64,000 nt of DNA from an uncultured Actinomycetota bacterium (lineage in GTDB: Bacteria > Actinomycetota > Actinomycetes > JAFAQI01). The position numbers and the translations under genes were made by a program. Below the pieces are notes generated by a model, which did not search any database, was not told the DNA's origin, and saw only the letters and a list, made by a program, of their open reading frames with translations. Where the stretch lies: contig CAVYQE010000001.1 in NCBI GenBank assembly GCA_963770565.1, positions 1,152,001 to 1,216,000 of the forward strand, in the 5' to 3' direction. The stretch's first letter is position 1. The number at the start of each line of letters is the position of its first letter. Positions 44,656-53,526 of this stretch are shown piece after piece.

Positions 44656-45626
44656 GACGCCTCGCCGACCAGCAGCTTGTCGTCGTGGAAGCAGGCGGCA
44701 GCTCGGTCGGGCGCGATCTGCAGCAGCTCGGGTGCCTGCGTGGCGCATTGGTTGATCGCCCGGTCGCAGCGCGGCTGGAACGGGCAGCCCACGATGTCGC
44801 GGTCGAGGCGCGGCGGCGCGCCGGGAATCGACGCCACCTGAGTACGACGGTGCAGATCCGGCGTGGCGCGGAACAACATCCGGGTGTAGGGGTGGTGCGG
44901 GTCGTGGAAGAGCGCGTCGAGCGGCCCGACCTCGACGAACCGACCGGCGTACATCACTGCGGCGCGGTCACAGACCTGCGCGACGACCGGCAGGTCGTGG
45001 GTGACCAGGATGAGCGCGAGCCCCAGGTCGTCGGTCAGCCGGGTGAGCAGGTCGAGGATCTGGGCCTGCACCATGACGTCGAGCGCGGTCGTCGGCTCGT
45101 CGGCGAGCAGCACGCGCGGGTCGCAGGCCAGGGCCATCGCGATTGCGGCGCGCTGGCGCATCCCGCCGGAGAACTCGTGCGGATAGCGGCGCGCCGCCTC
45201 GGTCGGGATCCCGACCAGAGTCAGCAGGTGCTCGGCCTTGCGCCTCGCCTCCGGCCCGCTCGCAACGCCGTGCAGGAGCATCGGCTCGACGATCTGCCAA
45301 CCGACCGTCTTCACCGGGTTCAGCGCGTTCATCGCACCCTGGAAGACCATCGCGATGTCCGACCACCGCGCGGCGCGCGCGGTGTTCTCCCCGCCGGCGA
45401 GGATGTCGGTGCCGTCGAGCCGGACCTGCCCGGCCACCGACGCCGATGGTGGGAGCAAGCCCATCAGGGCGAGCAACGCGGTGGACTTCCCGCAGCCCGA
45501 CTCACCGACCAGGCCGAGCCGCTCGCCGGGGTTGAGGTCGAAGCTCACCCCTTGGACGGCGCGAAGCTCCCGGCCCTCGCGAATGTCGAACCACACCTGC
45601 AGGTCGCGGACCTCCATCAGGCTCAT
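44652..45626 (-). CDS. Oligopeptide/dipeptide ABC ATP-binding protein (OppD-like)
   Basis: GESGCGKS, 'YPHEFSGGMRQR', 'DEPTTALDV'. Confidence 0.92.
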   Translation of the reverse strand: MSLMEVRDLQVWFDIREGRELRAVQGVSFDLNPGERLGLVGESGCGKSTALLALMGLLPPSASVAGQVRLDGTDILAGGENTARAARWSDIAMVFQGAMNALNPVKTVGWQIVEPMLLHGVASGPEARRKAEHLLTLVGIPTEAARRYPHEFSGGMRQRAAIAMALACDPRVLLADEPTTALDVMVQAQILDLLTRLTDDLGLALILVTHDLPVVAQVCDRAAVMYAGRFVEVGPLDALFHDPHHPYTRMLFRATPDLHRRTQVASIPGAPPRLDRDIVGCPFQPRCDRAINQCATQAPELLQIAPDRAAACFHDDKLLVGEAS

Positions 45627-45740
45627 CGCGGCCAACCGGTGGCGGGCAGGGAGGCGGCGGGACGCCGTCGGGAGTCGTCGATCGCATCCCCCTCTGAGGC
45701 AGTGGAAACGTCTAGAAAAGTACCGATGAGGGCCGAGGTG

Positions 45741-45754
45741 GTCAACAGTTTACA
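45741..45754 (-). promoter_or_regulatory. Candidate GntR operator between oppD and selC
   Basis: TGTAAAC-TGTTGAC tandem heptamers on the minus strand. Confidence 0.45.
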
Positions 45755-45824
45755 ATCGACTTGCAGACATCTTTGGGTCACCGGCCGGCGTACCGAGCTC
45801 GCGCACATAGATAAGGTGTGCGAC

Positions 45825-45921
45825 GGAGGTGTCCGGGCACCCGGTGGGCTCCGCCGCCTTCAAAGCGGTTGGTCGTGGCACTCACCACGACGGCGGGTTC
45901 GACTCCCGTCCGCCTCCGCCA
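45825..45921 (+). tRNA. selC: tRNA-Sec(TCA)
   Basis: Anticodon arm GCCGC-CTTCAAA-GCGGT; long variable arm GTCGTGG/CCACGAC; T arm GCGGG-TTCGACT-CCCGT; acceptor GGAGGTG/CGCCTCC, G73, CCA. Confidence 0.95.
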
Positions 45922-45947
45922 TCGCGTAGCGGGGGACTGAGCGGTAG

Positions 45948-46757
45948 TCAGCGCTCGTCGGGAAGGGGCGGCGCGTCCCGTTCGTCGTACCAGGAACCGC
46001 CACCGAGCTCTCCGCCGTCGACGATGATGGTCTGCCCGGTGATCCACGCGGCTTCGTCCGAGGCGAGGAACAGCACCGCGGCCGCCTGGTCGGCCGGCGT
46101 GCCGACCCGGCGCAACGGGATCCGCCGGAGGTACTCGCGTTCGAGCCGGGCGGCGTCCGGGTCCACGGCAAGCTCCGCCTCGTTCTCCGGAGTGGTGGTC
46201 TGCCCCGGCGCTACACAGTTGGCGCGAACGTTGAGGTGGCCGAGCTCGTGCGACACCGCCTTGGTCAACGCGACGAGGGCCGCCTTCGAGGCGTTGTAGA
46301 CCGATTCCGGCGACTCGTTCTTGAACGCATTGGCCGACGCGATGTTGACGATCGCACCACCTCCGTGCTCGGCCATGTGTGCGCCGGCGACCTGCATCGT
46401 TGCCATCGGCGCGCGGGCGTTGACCGCGAAGGCCAGGTCGAAGGTCTCCTTGGTGACCTCCAGGAACGGACCGTCCGGCATCGTGCCGGCGCAGTTGACC
46501 AGCACATGCAGGCGACCGGCCGAAGCGATCACGTCGCGCGCCAGCCCGCGGGCTGCGTCGAAGTCGCTGAGGTCGACCGGGTGGACGCTTACCCGCTCAG
46601 GCGCCGACTGCTCGGCGCGCATCCGTTCGAGGCCGTCGGCCCGGATGTCCGCGGCGAAGACGTTCGCACCCTCGGCGAGGAATGCCTCGGCAATCCCGCG
46701 GCCGATCCCCTGTGCGGCACCGGTGACGAGAACGTTGCGATTGGTGAAACGGGGCAT
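45948..46757 (-). CDS. SDR-family oxidoreductase
   Basis: TGAAQGIG, 'VNCAG', YNASK, 'DGG'. Confidence 0.92.
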   Translation of the reverse strand: MPRFTNRNVLVTGAAQGIGRGIAEAFLAEGANVFAADIRADGLERMRAEQSAPERVSVHPVDLSDFDAARGLARDVIASAGRLHVLVNCAGTMPDGPFLEVTKETFDLAFAVNARAPMATMQVAGAHMAEHGGGAIVNIASANAFKNESPESVYNASKAALVALTKAVSHELGHLNVRANCVAPGQTTTPENEAELAVDPDAARLEREYLRRIPLRRVGTPADQAAAVLFLASDEAAWITGQTIIVDGGELGGGSWYDERDAPPLPDER

Positions 46758-47596
46758 CACGGCACCTCGGGGTAGTGCAGCGGGTGCCCGGAGACACCGA
46801 CGTCTGCGATCGACAGATGATTGGCACCGACGTTGGCCACGACCGCCCGGTCGAGCGAGCTGCCGATCCACGCGATGTTGGTCGGCGCGTCGAAGTGCGA
46901 CGCGAGATGGTCGTCGACGACCGTCTCCACCGAGCCGTCCGGAGTGACCCGCAGCAGTCCGTCCGGCCGATAGAGGGTCACCCAGTAGCTCCCGTCGGCC
47001 GCCAGCCCGACGCCGTCGGCGTCGGTGTCCGGAAGCTCGGCGATCACCCGGGCCGGCCCGGCCGACCCATCAGAACGGATCGGGACAAGGACCAGCCGCT
47101 CGGCCTTGGCTTCGACGACGACGAGCGCGTCGCCGCCAGGGGTAACCAGGCAACCATTCGGGTACGCCGGAACCTCGGTCGTCCACGTCTCGGTGTGACC
47201 ACCGGGCGTGATCCGGACGACCTCCGGCCGGTCGTCCTCACCCGAGCAGGTGACGTAGGCCATGCCGTCGGGCCCGAACGCCATCACGTTCGGGGTGTCA
47301 AGGTCGATGCCGTCGACGCCGCGCGCGTAGACCGAGATCGCCCCGGTCTTCGGGTCGATCCGCGCGATCTCGCCGTGCTCGACGTCGCAGGCATACACCC
47401 GGCCGTTGCCGTCGACCGCGATGCCCAGCATCGACCCGCCGGTCGTACCGAGCAGCTCGACCGAGCCGTCGACCGATACGGCGTAGAACTCCCCGCCCTC
47501 GCCACCGGCATAGACGCGGCCGTCGAAGGGGTTCCACGCCACGCCCTCCGAGTGGTTGAGCCCGTCGGCGAAGACCGAGAAGACATCGATGTTCAC
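46757..47596 (-). CDS. SMP-30/gluconolactonase family protein
   Basis: 'SEGVAW', 'PNVMAFGPDG', 'YPNG', 'DGVGLAADG..WV', 'PTNIAW'. Confidence 0.88.
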   Translation of the reverse strand: MNIDVFSVFADGLNHSEGVAWNPFDGRVYAGGEGGEFYAVSVDGSVELLGTTGGSMLGIAVDGNGRVYACDVEHGEIARIDPKTGAISVYARGVDGIDLDTPNVMAFGPDGMAYVTCSGEDDRPEVVRITPGGHTETWTTEVPAYPNGCLVTPGGDALVVVEAKAERLVLVPIRSDGSAGPARVIAELPDTDADGVGLAADGSYWVTLYRPDGLLRVTPDGSVETVVDDHLASHFDAPTNIAWIGSSLDRAVVANVGANHLSIADVGVSGHPLHYPEVP

Positions 47597-49182
47597 GATT
47601 TGCGCACCTCCCGTAGCACCTCACGTGCACAGTTACGCCCGTTCGCACCCGTGACCCCGCCGCCCGGATGCGTACCTGCGCCACACAGGTAGAGCCGGTC
47701 GATCGGCGTGCGGTAGTCGGCGTAGCCGCGAACCGGACGCATGAACAGCAACTGATCCGGCGACATGTCGCCGTGCAGGTGGTGCCCTCCGGTCAGCGCG
47801 AGCCGGCGCTCGAGGTCGAGCGGGGACAGGATCTCGCGATGAAGCACGGAGCCGGGCAGGTTGGGCATCGACTCCCCGAGGCGCGCGATGACGCGGTCGG
47901 CCACCTGCTCCTTGACGTCGTCCCACGCCGCGTCGTGCAACGTATAGGGCTGCGATCGCACCCCGATCGTCAGCACGTGCTTGCCTTCGGGCGCGAGTGC
48001 CGGGTCGTGCACGGTCGGGATGCAGAGCTCGGCGTGCGCAAGCTCCGCGGGACGACCCGATCGCGCGGCTTCCTGGTCGCGGTCGAGGTCCGCGAGCGGT
48101 TTGGTGAACTGCACGAGACCGCGGTGATACGGCTGCACTCCGGCGTCGCTCGACCCACGCAACCGCGGTAGCTCGGAAACAGCGAGGTTGAGCTTCATGC
48201 TCGCGCCCTCGCAGCGATATGCGCGGACCGCGCCGACGAACTCGCGTGGGAGCTCGGATTCGTGGACCAGGCTCAGGAAGGTTCGCTTCGGGTCGGCGTT
48301 GGACACCACCCGGGCGGCGCCGATCTCCTCGCCGTCCTCGAGCACCACCCCGGTCGCCCGCCCGCCGCGGACCACGATCCTCGCTACCGGAGCGCTGGTG
48401 CGGATCACGGCGCCGGCCTCGCGGGCAGCCTCGGCCATGAGTGCGGTCACGACGCCCATCCCGCCCGGGACGAAGCCCCACCCGAGTCCGCCGCCCGAGC
48501 CACCGGACGCGGCCTCGTGCAGCAGGTTGTACGCCGTACCGGGCGTGGACGGACCGGCGAGGGTGTTGCTGATCGACTCCCAGCCGAGCGCGGACTTGAG
48601 CATCTCGTTCTCGAAGTGCTCGTCGAGGTATCGCTTCGCCGACGTCGTGAACAGGTACGCGGCGTCGACCAGGTCCCGCCGGTGCCCGAAGCCGAGCCGG
48701 CCGTAGCGGGCGAGCGCGCGCAGGTCGTGCAGGGAACACGGTCGCAGGTTCGGCGGCGCCCAGTCGAAGACCGGCATCAGCGACTGCGCGATGCCGGTCA
48801 GCCGCTCCTCGTAGCCGACGAACGCGTCCGCGTCGGCCCGGGACAGCGAGCGGATCTCCTCGACCGTCCGGTGCCGCTCCCCGTGCAGGGTGAAGGTCTG
48901 CCCGTCGGGATAGACGTTCAGCGAAGGTCCCGCCTGGGCGATCCGCAGGCCGCGCTCGCGCAGCCGCAGGTCGGCCCAGACCGGCTCACGCAGCATCGAC
49001 AGGACGTAGGCGCCCGGCGAGGCGTGGAAGCCGGGCGCGAACTCCTCGGTCACGCAGGCCCCGCCGACGATCCCGCGGCGCTCGACCACCAGGGTGCGCA
49101 GCCCGCCGCGGGACAGGTAGAACGCGGCTACCAGGCCGTTGTGGCCGCCACCGACGATCACGGCGTCGAAGGAGGAGTCCAT
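47593..49182 (-). CDS. Phytoene dehydrogenase-like (PYROXD2-type) FAD oxidoreductase
   Basis: 'VGGGHNGLVAA', 'GGACVTEE', 'GGMG', 'YLCGAGTHPGGGVTGANGRNCA'. Confidence 0.9.
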   Translation of the reverse strand: MDSSFDAVIVGGGHNGLVAAFYLSRGGLRTLVVERRGIVGGACVTEEFAPGFHASPGAYVLSMLREPVWADLRLRERGLRIAQAGPSLNVYPDGQTFTLHGERHRTVEEIRSLSRADADAFVGYEERLTGIAQSLMPVFDWAPPNLRPCSLHDLRALARYGRLGFGHRRDLVDAAYLFTTSAKRYLDEHFENEMLKSALGWESISNTLAGPSTPGTAYNLLHEAASGGSGGGLGWGFVPGGMGVVTALMAEAAREAGAVIRTSAPVARIVVRGGRATGVVLEDGEEIGAARVVSNADPKRTFLSLVHESELPREFVGAVRAYRCEGASMKLNLAVSELPRLRGSSDAGVQPYHRGLVQFTKPLADLDRDQEAARSGRPAELAHAELCIPTVHDPALAPEGKHVLTIGVRSQPYTLHDAAWDDVKEQVADRVIARLGESMPNLPGSVLHREILSPLDLERRLALTGGHHLHGDMSPDQLLFMRPVRGYADYRTPIDRLYLCGAGTHPGGGVTGANGRNCAREVLREVRKS

Positions 49183-49211
49183 CAGCGCTGGCCGGTTGAC
49201 TCGGGGCTCAT
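49182..49211 (-). other. 9-aa uORF (MSPESTGQR) coupled to the oxidoreductase start
   Basis: SD GGAGG (49223-49227) upstream; its TGA overlaps the downstream ATG (TGATG). Confidence 0.35.
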
Positions 49212-49254
49212 TTGCGGGTGGTCCTCCGCCACGTCGTCGGGGCGCGCGTGAGCG

Positions 49255-49290
49255 TTGACCCCCAATATTGTCAACTGTAGACTGTCAGAC
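49255..49290 (+). promoter_or_regulatory. Sigma-A promoter of the grd/sel operon overlapped by triple TGTNRAC-like repeat
   Basis: TTGACC-N17-TAGACT; TGTCAAC-TGTAGAC-TGTCAGAC at 49269-49290; ATG at 49292 (probably leaderless). Confidence 0.65.
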
Positions 49291-49291
49291 T

Positions 49292-50554
49292 ATGCGAGCG
49301 GAGTACAGTTCTGATCCGCTCGAACTGGCGACGTACGACGTCACGGGCGTCGAGGCCGGCGCCACCAGCACCTGGTCGGACGGCCGGCTGACCCTCGACC
49401 TCGCGGGCATCACCGAGCGCGCCCGGCACCTCGCACCTGCGGTCGCCGAGCTCGCCGTGCGGCTGGTGCATCCGGGGGAACCGGTCCGGATCGCCAACGT
49501 TCTCGATGTGATCGTGCCCGACGTGAAGGCGGCCGATCCCGATGCCACCTTTCCCGGCGTGCTCGGCGCGCTGCGACCGGCCGGACGCGGGCGCACCCAC
49601 CGGCTGGCCGGCCTGCGCGTGCTCACTGTCTGTGACTGGCGCAGCGCCGGGCTGACCACCGACGAGGAGTTTCCCGACTCCTACGTCGACATGGCCGGAC
49701 CCGGTCAGGCGATGACGGCGTGGGGCGCGCACCCGGTGCTGGTCGTGAGCGCCGTTCCGAAGCCGGACGCGGCACTCGGCGATGTCGACCGCTCGTTGCG
49801 CACGGCGGCGCTGAGCGTCGCCCGCGATGCGGCCGCCGCGACGCTGGGGCAACTGCCGAGCCGGGTCGAGTCCTTCGAGCTGCCCGCGGTCGCCGACACC
49901 GACCTGCCGCGGGTCGCGGCGATCCTTCAGGTCGCGTCCGAGGGTCCGCTCGTCGACACGTTCCTCTACGGCGGCGCGGTGTCGACCATCGACCCCACCC
50001 TGTTGGACCACCGCGAGATCCTCGACGGCGCGTTGACCAATGGCGCGTATGACTGGCCGGCGGTCCGCAACCTCACCGCGTCCTACCAGGACAGCGCGCT
50101 CGTCCGCTCGCTGGTCGCGCAACACGGTACGACCTTGCAGTTCGCCGGCGTTGTGCTCGCGCTCGGCTATCTCGACACGAGTATCGAGAAGGAGCACTCG
50201 GCGATGCAGTCGGCGCGACTGTGCCGTCTGCTCGGTGCCGAGGGGGTGGTCTGTACGACGTTCTCCTCCGGCAACTCGCACACTGACACCATGCTCACCG
50301 TGCGTGCCTGCGAGGCCGAAGGCATCCGGGCGGTGGCGATCATCTCCGAGTCCAACGGCGGCCTCACCGATCACGTGCCCGAGGCGGACGTACTCATCAG
50401 CACCGGCAACCACGACGAGCTGGTCGATCCGTGGTTGCCTGAGGAGGTGCTCGGAGCTCCGACTGCGATGGCTGGCGAGCCGGTGCCGTTGTGGTCGTAC
50501 GTCGGTGCGTGCGTGCAGACCGGTGACTTCGACCTGATGGCGGCGCCGGCATGA
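49292..50554 (+). CDS. grdE: Glycine/sarcosine/betaine reductase component B partner subunit (GrdE/GrdG/GrdI family), non-pyruvoyl type
   Basis: 'PGEPVRIANVLDVI.P', 'G.GRTH.L.G', 'VDMAGPG', 'EILDGA', 'GN..TD', 'ISTGN'; Tyr at the pyruvoyl Cys site. Confidence 0.85.
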   Translation: MRAEYSSDPLELATYDVTGVEAGATSTWSDGRLTLDLAGITERARHLAPAVAELAVRLVHPGEPVRIANVLDVIVPDVKAADPDATFPGVLGALRPAGRGRTHRLAGLRVLTVCDWRSAGLTTDEEFPDSYVDMAGPGQAMTAWGAHPVLVVSAVPKPDAALGDVDRSLRTAALSVARDAAAATLGQLPSRVESFELPAVADTDLPRVAAILQVASEGPLVDTFLYGGAVSTIDPTLLDHREILDGALTNGAYDWPAVRNLTASYQDSALVRSLVAQHGTTLQFAGVVLALGYLDTSIEKEHSAMQSARLCRLLGAEGVVCTTFSSGNSHTDTMLTVRACEAEGIRAVAIISESNGGLTDHVPEADVLISTGNHDELVDPWLPEEVLGAPTAMAGEPVPLWSYVGACVQTGDFDLMAAPA

Positions 50555-51840
50555 CCATCGTCCACTTCCTGAACCAGTTCTTCGCCGGCCTCGGCGGCGA
50601 GGAGGCCGCCGACGTCGCGCCCAGCCGGATCCAGGGACCGGTCGGCCCCGGTCGCGGGCTGGAGGGTGCCGGCCTGCCGATCGACGTCACGATCAGCTGT
50701 GGCGACAACTACTTCGGCGAGCACGAGGCTGCGGCACTCGGCGTGATGCTCGACTGGCTCACCGAGCTCGCCCCTGATGTGCTCGTGTGCGGTCCGGCGT
50801 TCGGATCCGGTCGCTACGGCTACGTGTGCGGCTCGCTCGCCCGCGAGGCTGGCCGGCGCGGCATCCCGGTCGTCACCGGCATGACGCCCGAGAACCCTGG
50901 CGTACTGGCGGCCGACGGTTCGGCGTACATCGTCCCGACCGGACCCAACGTCGCGGGCATGCGGACCGCGCTTCCGGTGATGGCCGACCTCGCCCGGCGG
51001 CTCGCAGCCGGCGACCCGGTCGGTGGGCCGGCCGAGGAAGGCTATCTGCCACGTGGCGTCCGCAAGAACGTCCGCGCGCCAAAGGTCGCCGCCGTGCGGG
51101 CGATCTCCGCGCTGCTCGCCAAGCTCGCCGGCTCGGTGCAGACCGAGGTCGAGCCGGTCGGACGCCCGGTCCCGCCGCCGCCGGCCCTCGCCGATCTCGC
51201 GACCGCGACGATCGCGTTGGTCACCGAGGCGGGCTGCGTGCCGCAGGGCAACCCCGACCGCCTTCCGACCCGGCACTCCAACATCTGGCTGCGCTATCCG
51301 CTCGCCGGGGTCGCATCGCTCGGTGCCGACAGCTACGAGTCCGTCCACGCCGGCTTCGACACGACCGCAGCCAACGACGACCCGAATCGCCTGGTGCCGC
51401 TCGACGCGGCCCGGATCCTCGAGCACGAAGGCCGCTTCGGCCGGATCTACGACTTCTTCTACACCACCTCGGGCGTTGACACTCCCGACGCCACGGCCGC
51501 GAAGTTCGGCCAGGAGATCGCCGCGGAGCTCGTCGCTGCCGGGGTGCAAGGGGTGATTCTCACTGGCACTTGAGGCACCGGCACGCGTTGCGGGGCAACG
51601 CTCGGGAAAGAACTGGAGAGAGCGGGGATCGGCACGGTGTTCATCACGGCGCTTCCATCGATCGCGCAGATGGTCGGTGTGAACCGGATCCTGCGCGGCT
51701 CCGCGATCACCGCTCCGACCGGAGACGCGTCGCTCGCGGCCGCCGACGAGGCGTCGCTTCGGCGTCGGATCGTCGAGCGTGCGCTCGACATGCTGACGGT
51801 CGACGTCGAGCCTCTGACGGTCTGGGACGTGCCCTCTTGA
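50551..51840 (+). CDS. grdB: Selenoprotein B of glycine/sarcosine/betaine-type reductase (Sec341, TGA 51571-51573)
   Basis: 'VHFLNQFFAGLGGEE', 'CGDNYF', 'GPAF..GRYG', 'DPNRLVP'; homology continues in frame after TGA: 'LTGT-U-GTGTRCGATLGKELERAGI'. Confidence 0.93.
51585..51601 (+). promoter_or_regulatory. SECIS hairpin of grdB
   Basis: GCGTTGC-GGG-GCAACGC; 11-nt spacer after the UGA; G-rich loop. Confidence 0.75.
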
Positions 51841-53147
51841 CCCGTCGCGCCGCGATCCTCAACGCCTCGCTCACTCTTCAGCACGTACCGGACCTCGTGC
51901 GGTACGGCTCGAAACCCAGCCGTGAGCAGGCCCGGATTCCCGACGTACTGAAAGCGCTGCGGTCCTACGACGATGCAGTGGGGTACGCACCGAACCAGGT
52001 GTTCATCGGCAACCTGCCGGTCGAGGAGCTGAACACCCTCGAGCGACCGTGGTGGGGCCGGCACACCGAGGGCAAGCCGGTCGGTCCGACTGGCGAGATC
52101 CTCGAGCAGTCGGCGTTCTACCGCCTGATGGCCGAGCTGGACCAGTTCGACCTGGTCAAGCTCGGCGAGTCGCCGGGTGCGGGCGAGCTTCCGCTCTTCG
52201 AGGGCGCGGAGGTCGTCGGCGCGTTCGCCGGCGCACACGAAGCCGATGAGTCGCTGTCCGCCCAGGTGCTGCTCGAGAACCTCGCCTGCAAGGCCGGCGC
52301 AGTGCATGCGACCCGGTTCATGCTCGCGCAGTCGGGCGTCCACCCGGACTCGGTCTCGTATGTGATGGGCAGCGGCGAGGAGGCGATCGGCGACCGCTAC
52401 CAGCGCGGTGGCGGAGGTCTTGGCAAGTCCGTTGCCGAGGCGGCCGGTCTCGGCCAGGCGAGCGGCAGCGACATCAAGGCGTTCTGCGCCGGGCCTCTGC
52501 ACGCGATGATCCTCGCCGGCGCACTGGTCGAGTCGGGGGTCTACGACCGGGTCGCGGTCGTCGCCGGAGGCGCGCTTGGCAAGCTGGGCATGAAGTTCGA
52601 GGGCCTGCTGTCGCACGGCAGCCCGATCCTCGAAGACGTGCTCGCCGGGATGGCGATCCTGATCGGGGTCGCGGAGGAGCCGGGCCAGCTCGTGCTGCGG
52701 ATGGACGCGGTCGGGCGGCACCGGGTCGCGGCCGGCTCATCACAACAAGCGCTGCTCGAGGACATCGTCGGCGCACCGCTGTCAGCCATGGGCCGGTCGG
52801 TGACCGACATCGAGGTCTACGCGACCGAGCTGCACAACCCGGAGATCACCGAGCCGGCGGGTGGCGGCGACGTACCGAACCGCAACTACCGGATGCTCGC
52901 CGGCCTCGGGATCCTTCGTGGCGAGCTCACGCGCGAAGACGCCGCGCAGTTCGTCGCGACCCACGGACTGCCCGGCTTCTCGCCCACCCAGGGACACATC
53001 GCGTCGGCGGTGCCGTGGATCCCGCACGCCGTCCGTCGGGCGGCGCAGGGCGAGCTCAGAACTACGATGCTGATGGCGAAGGGCAGCCTCTTCCTCGGTC
53101 GCATGACGCGGCTGTGGGACGGGGCTTCGCTCACCGTGGAGGCATGA
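51837..53147 (+). CDS. grdC: Reductase component C beta subunit (GrdC, FabH/thiolase-like), C-terminally short
   Basis: 'YAPNQVFIGN', 'AH..DESL....LLENL.CKA', 'EEAIGD.YQRGGG', 'FCAGP', 'TELHNPEIT.PAG.GDVP..NYRM', 'PTQGHI', 'KGSLFLGRMT'; TTG overlaps grdB stop. Confidence 0.9.
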   Translation: MTRRAAILNASLTLQHVPDLVRYGSKPSREQARIPDVLKALRSYDDAVGYAPNQVFIGNLPVEELNTLERPWWGRHTEGKPVGPTGEILEQSAFYRLMAELDQFDLVKLGESPGAGELPLFEGAEVVGAFAGAHEADESLSAQVLLENLACKAGAVHATRFMLAQSGVHPDSVSYVMGSGEEAIGDRYQRGGGGLGKSVAEAAGLGQASGSDIKAFCAGPLHAMILAGALVESGVYDRVAVVAGGALGKLGMKFEGLLSHGSPILEDVLAGMAILIGVAEEPGQLVLRMDAVGRHRVAAGSSQQALLEDIVGAPLSAMGRSVTDIEVYATELHNPEITEPAGGGDVPNRNYRMLAGLGILRGELTREDAAQFVATHGLPGFSPTQGHIASAVPWIPHAVRRAAQGELRTTMLMAKGSLFLGRMTRLWDGASLTVEA

Positions 53148-53507
53148 ATGGCGATCGACGTGACGGAGGAGACTTTTCCGGCCCTCGTGGAGCGCGGGCA
53201 CGTGCTGCTGGACGTGTGGGGGCCCGACTGTGGTCCGTGCATCGCAATGATGCCGTACGTGCAGACGCTCGAAGAGGAGTACGCCGGCCGGGTCGCGGTG
53301 CTCAAGCTCGAGGCTCCCGAGCATCGCAAGCTCTGTCGCGAGCTGCGGGTCGCCGGCCTTCCGGCGTACATCACCATGCGTGACGGCGTCGAGGTCGAGC
53401 GCGTCACCAGCACCCAGGCGACCAGGGAGAACATCAAGGCCGCCGTCGAACGCCTGCTGGCCGGTGCACCGGCCAGAGGACTTCCCGTTCCCGAACATCT
53501 GCGCTGA
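53148..53507 (+). CDS. trxA: Thioredoxin (grd-cluster type)
   Basis: WGPDCGPC active site; 'RKLCRELRVAGLP'. Confidence 0.9.
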   Translation: MAIDVTEETFPALVERGHVLLDVWGPDCGPCIAMMPYVQTLEEEYAGRVAVLKLEAPEHRKLCRELRVAGLPAYITMRDGVEVERVTSTQATRENIKAAVERLLAGAPARGLPVPEHLR

Positions 53508-53526
53508 GGAGGTGAAGAACAAAGCT

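Noticed and set aside
45825-45921. selC as integration site of a genomic island
   Set aside because: No integrase and no duplicated selC 3' end seen in the window
51570-51836. N-terminal extension of the 525-aa ORF 51570-53147
   Set aside because: This stretch is the post-Sec part of grdB in another frame; GrdC homology begins at TTG 51837
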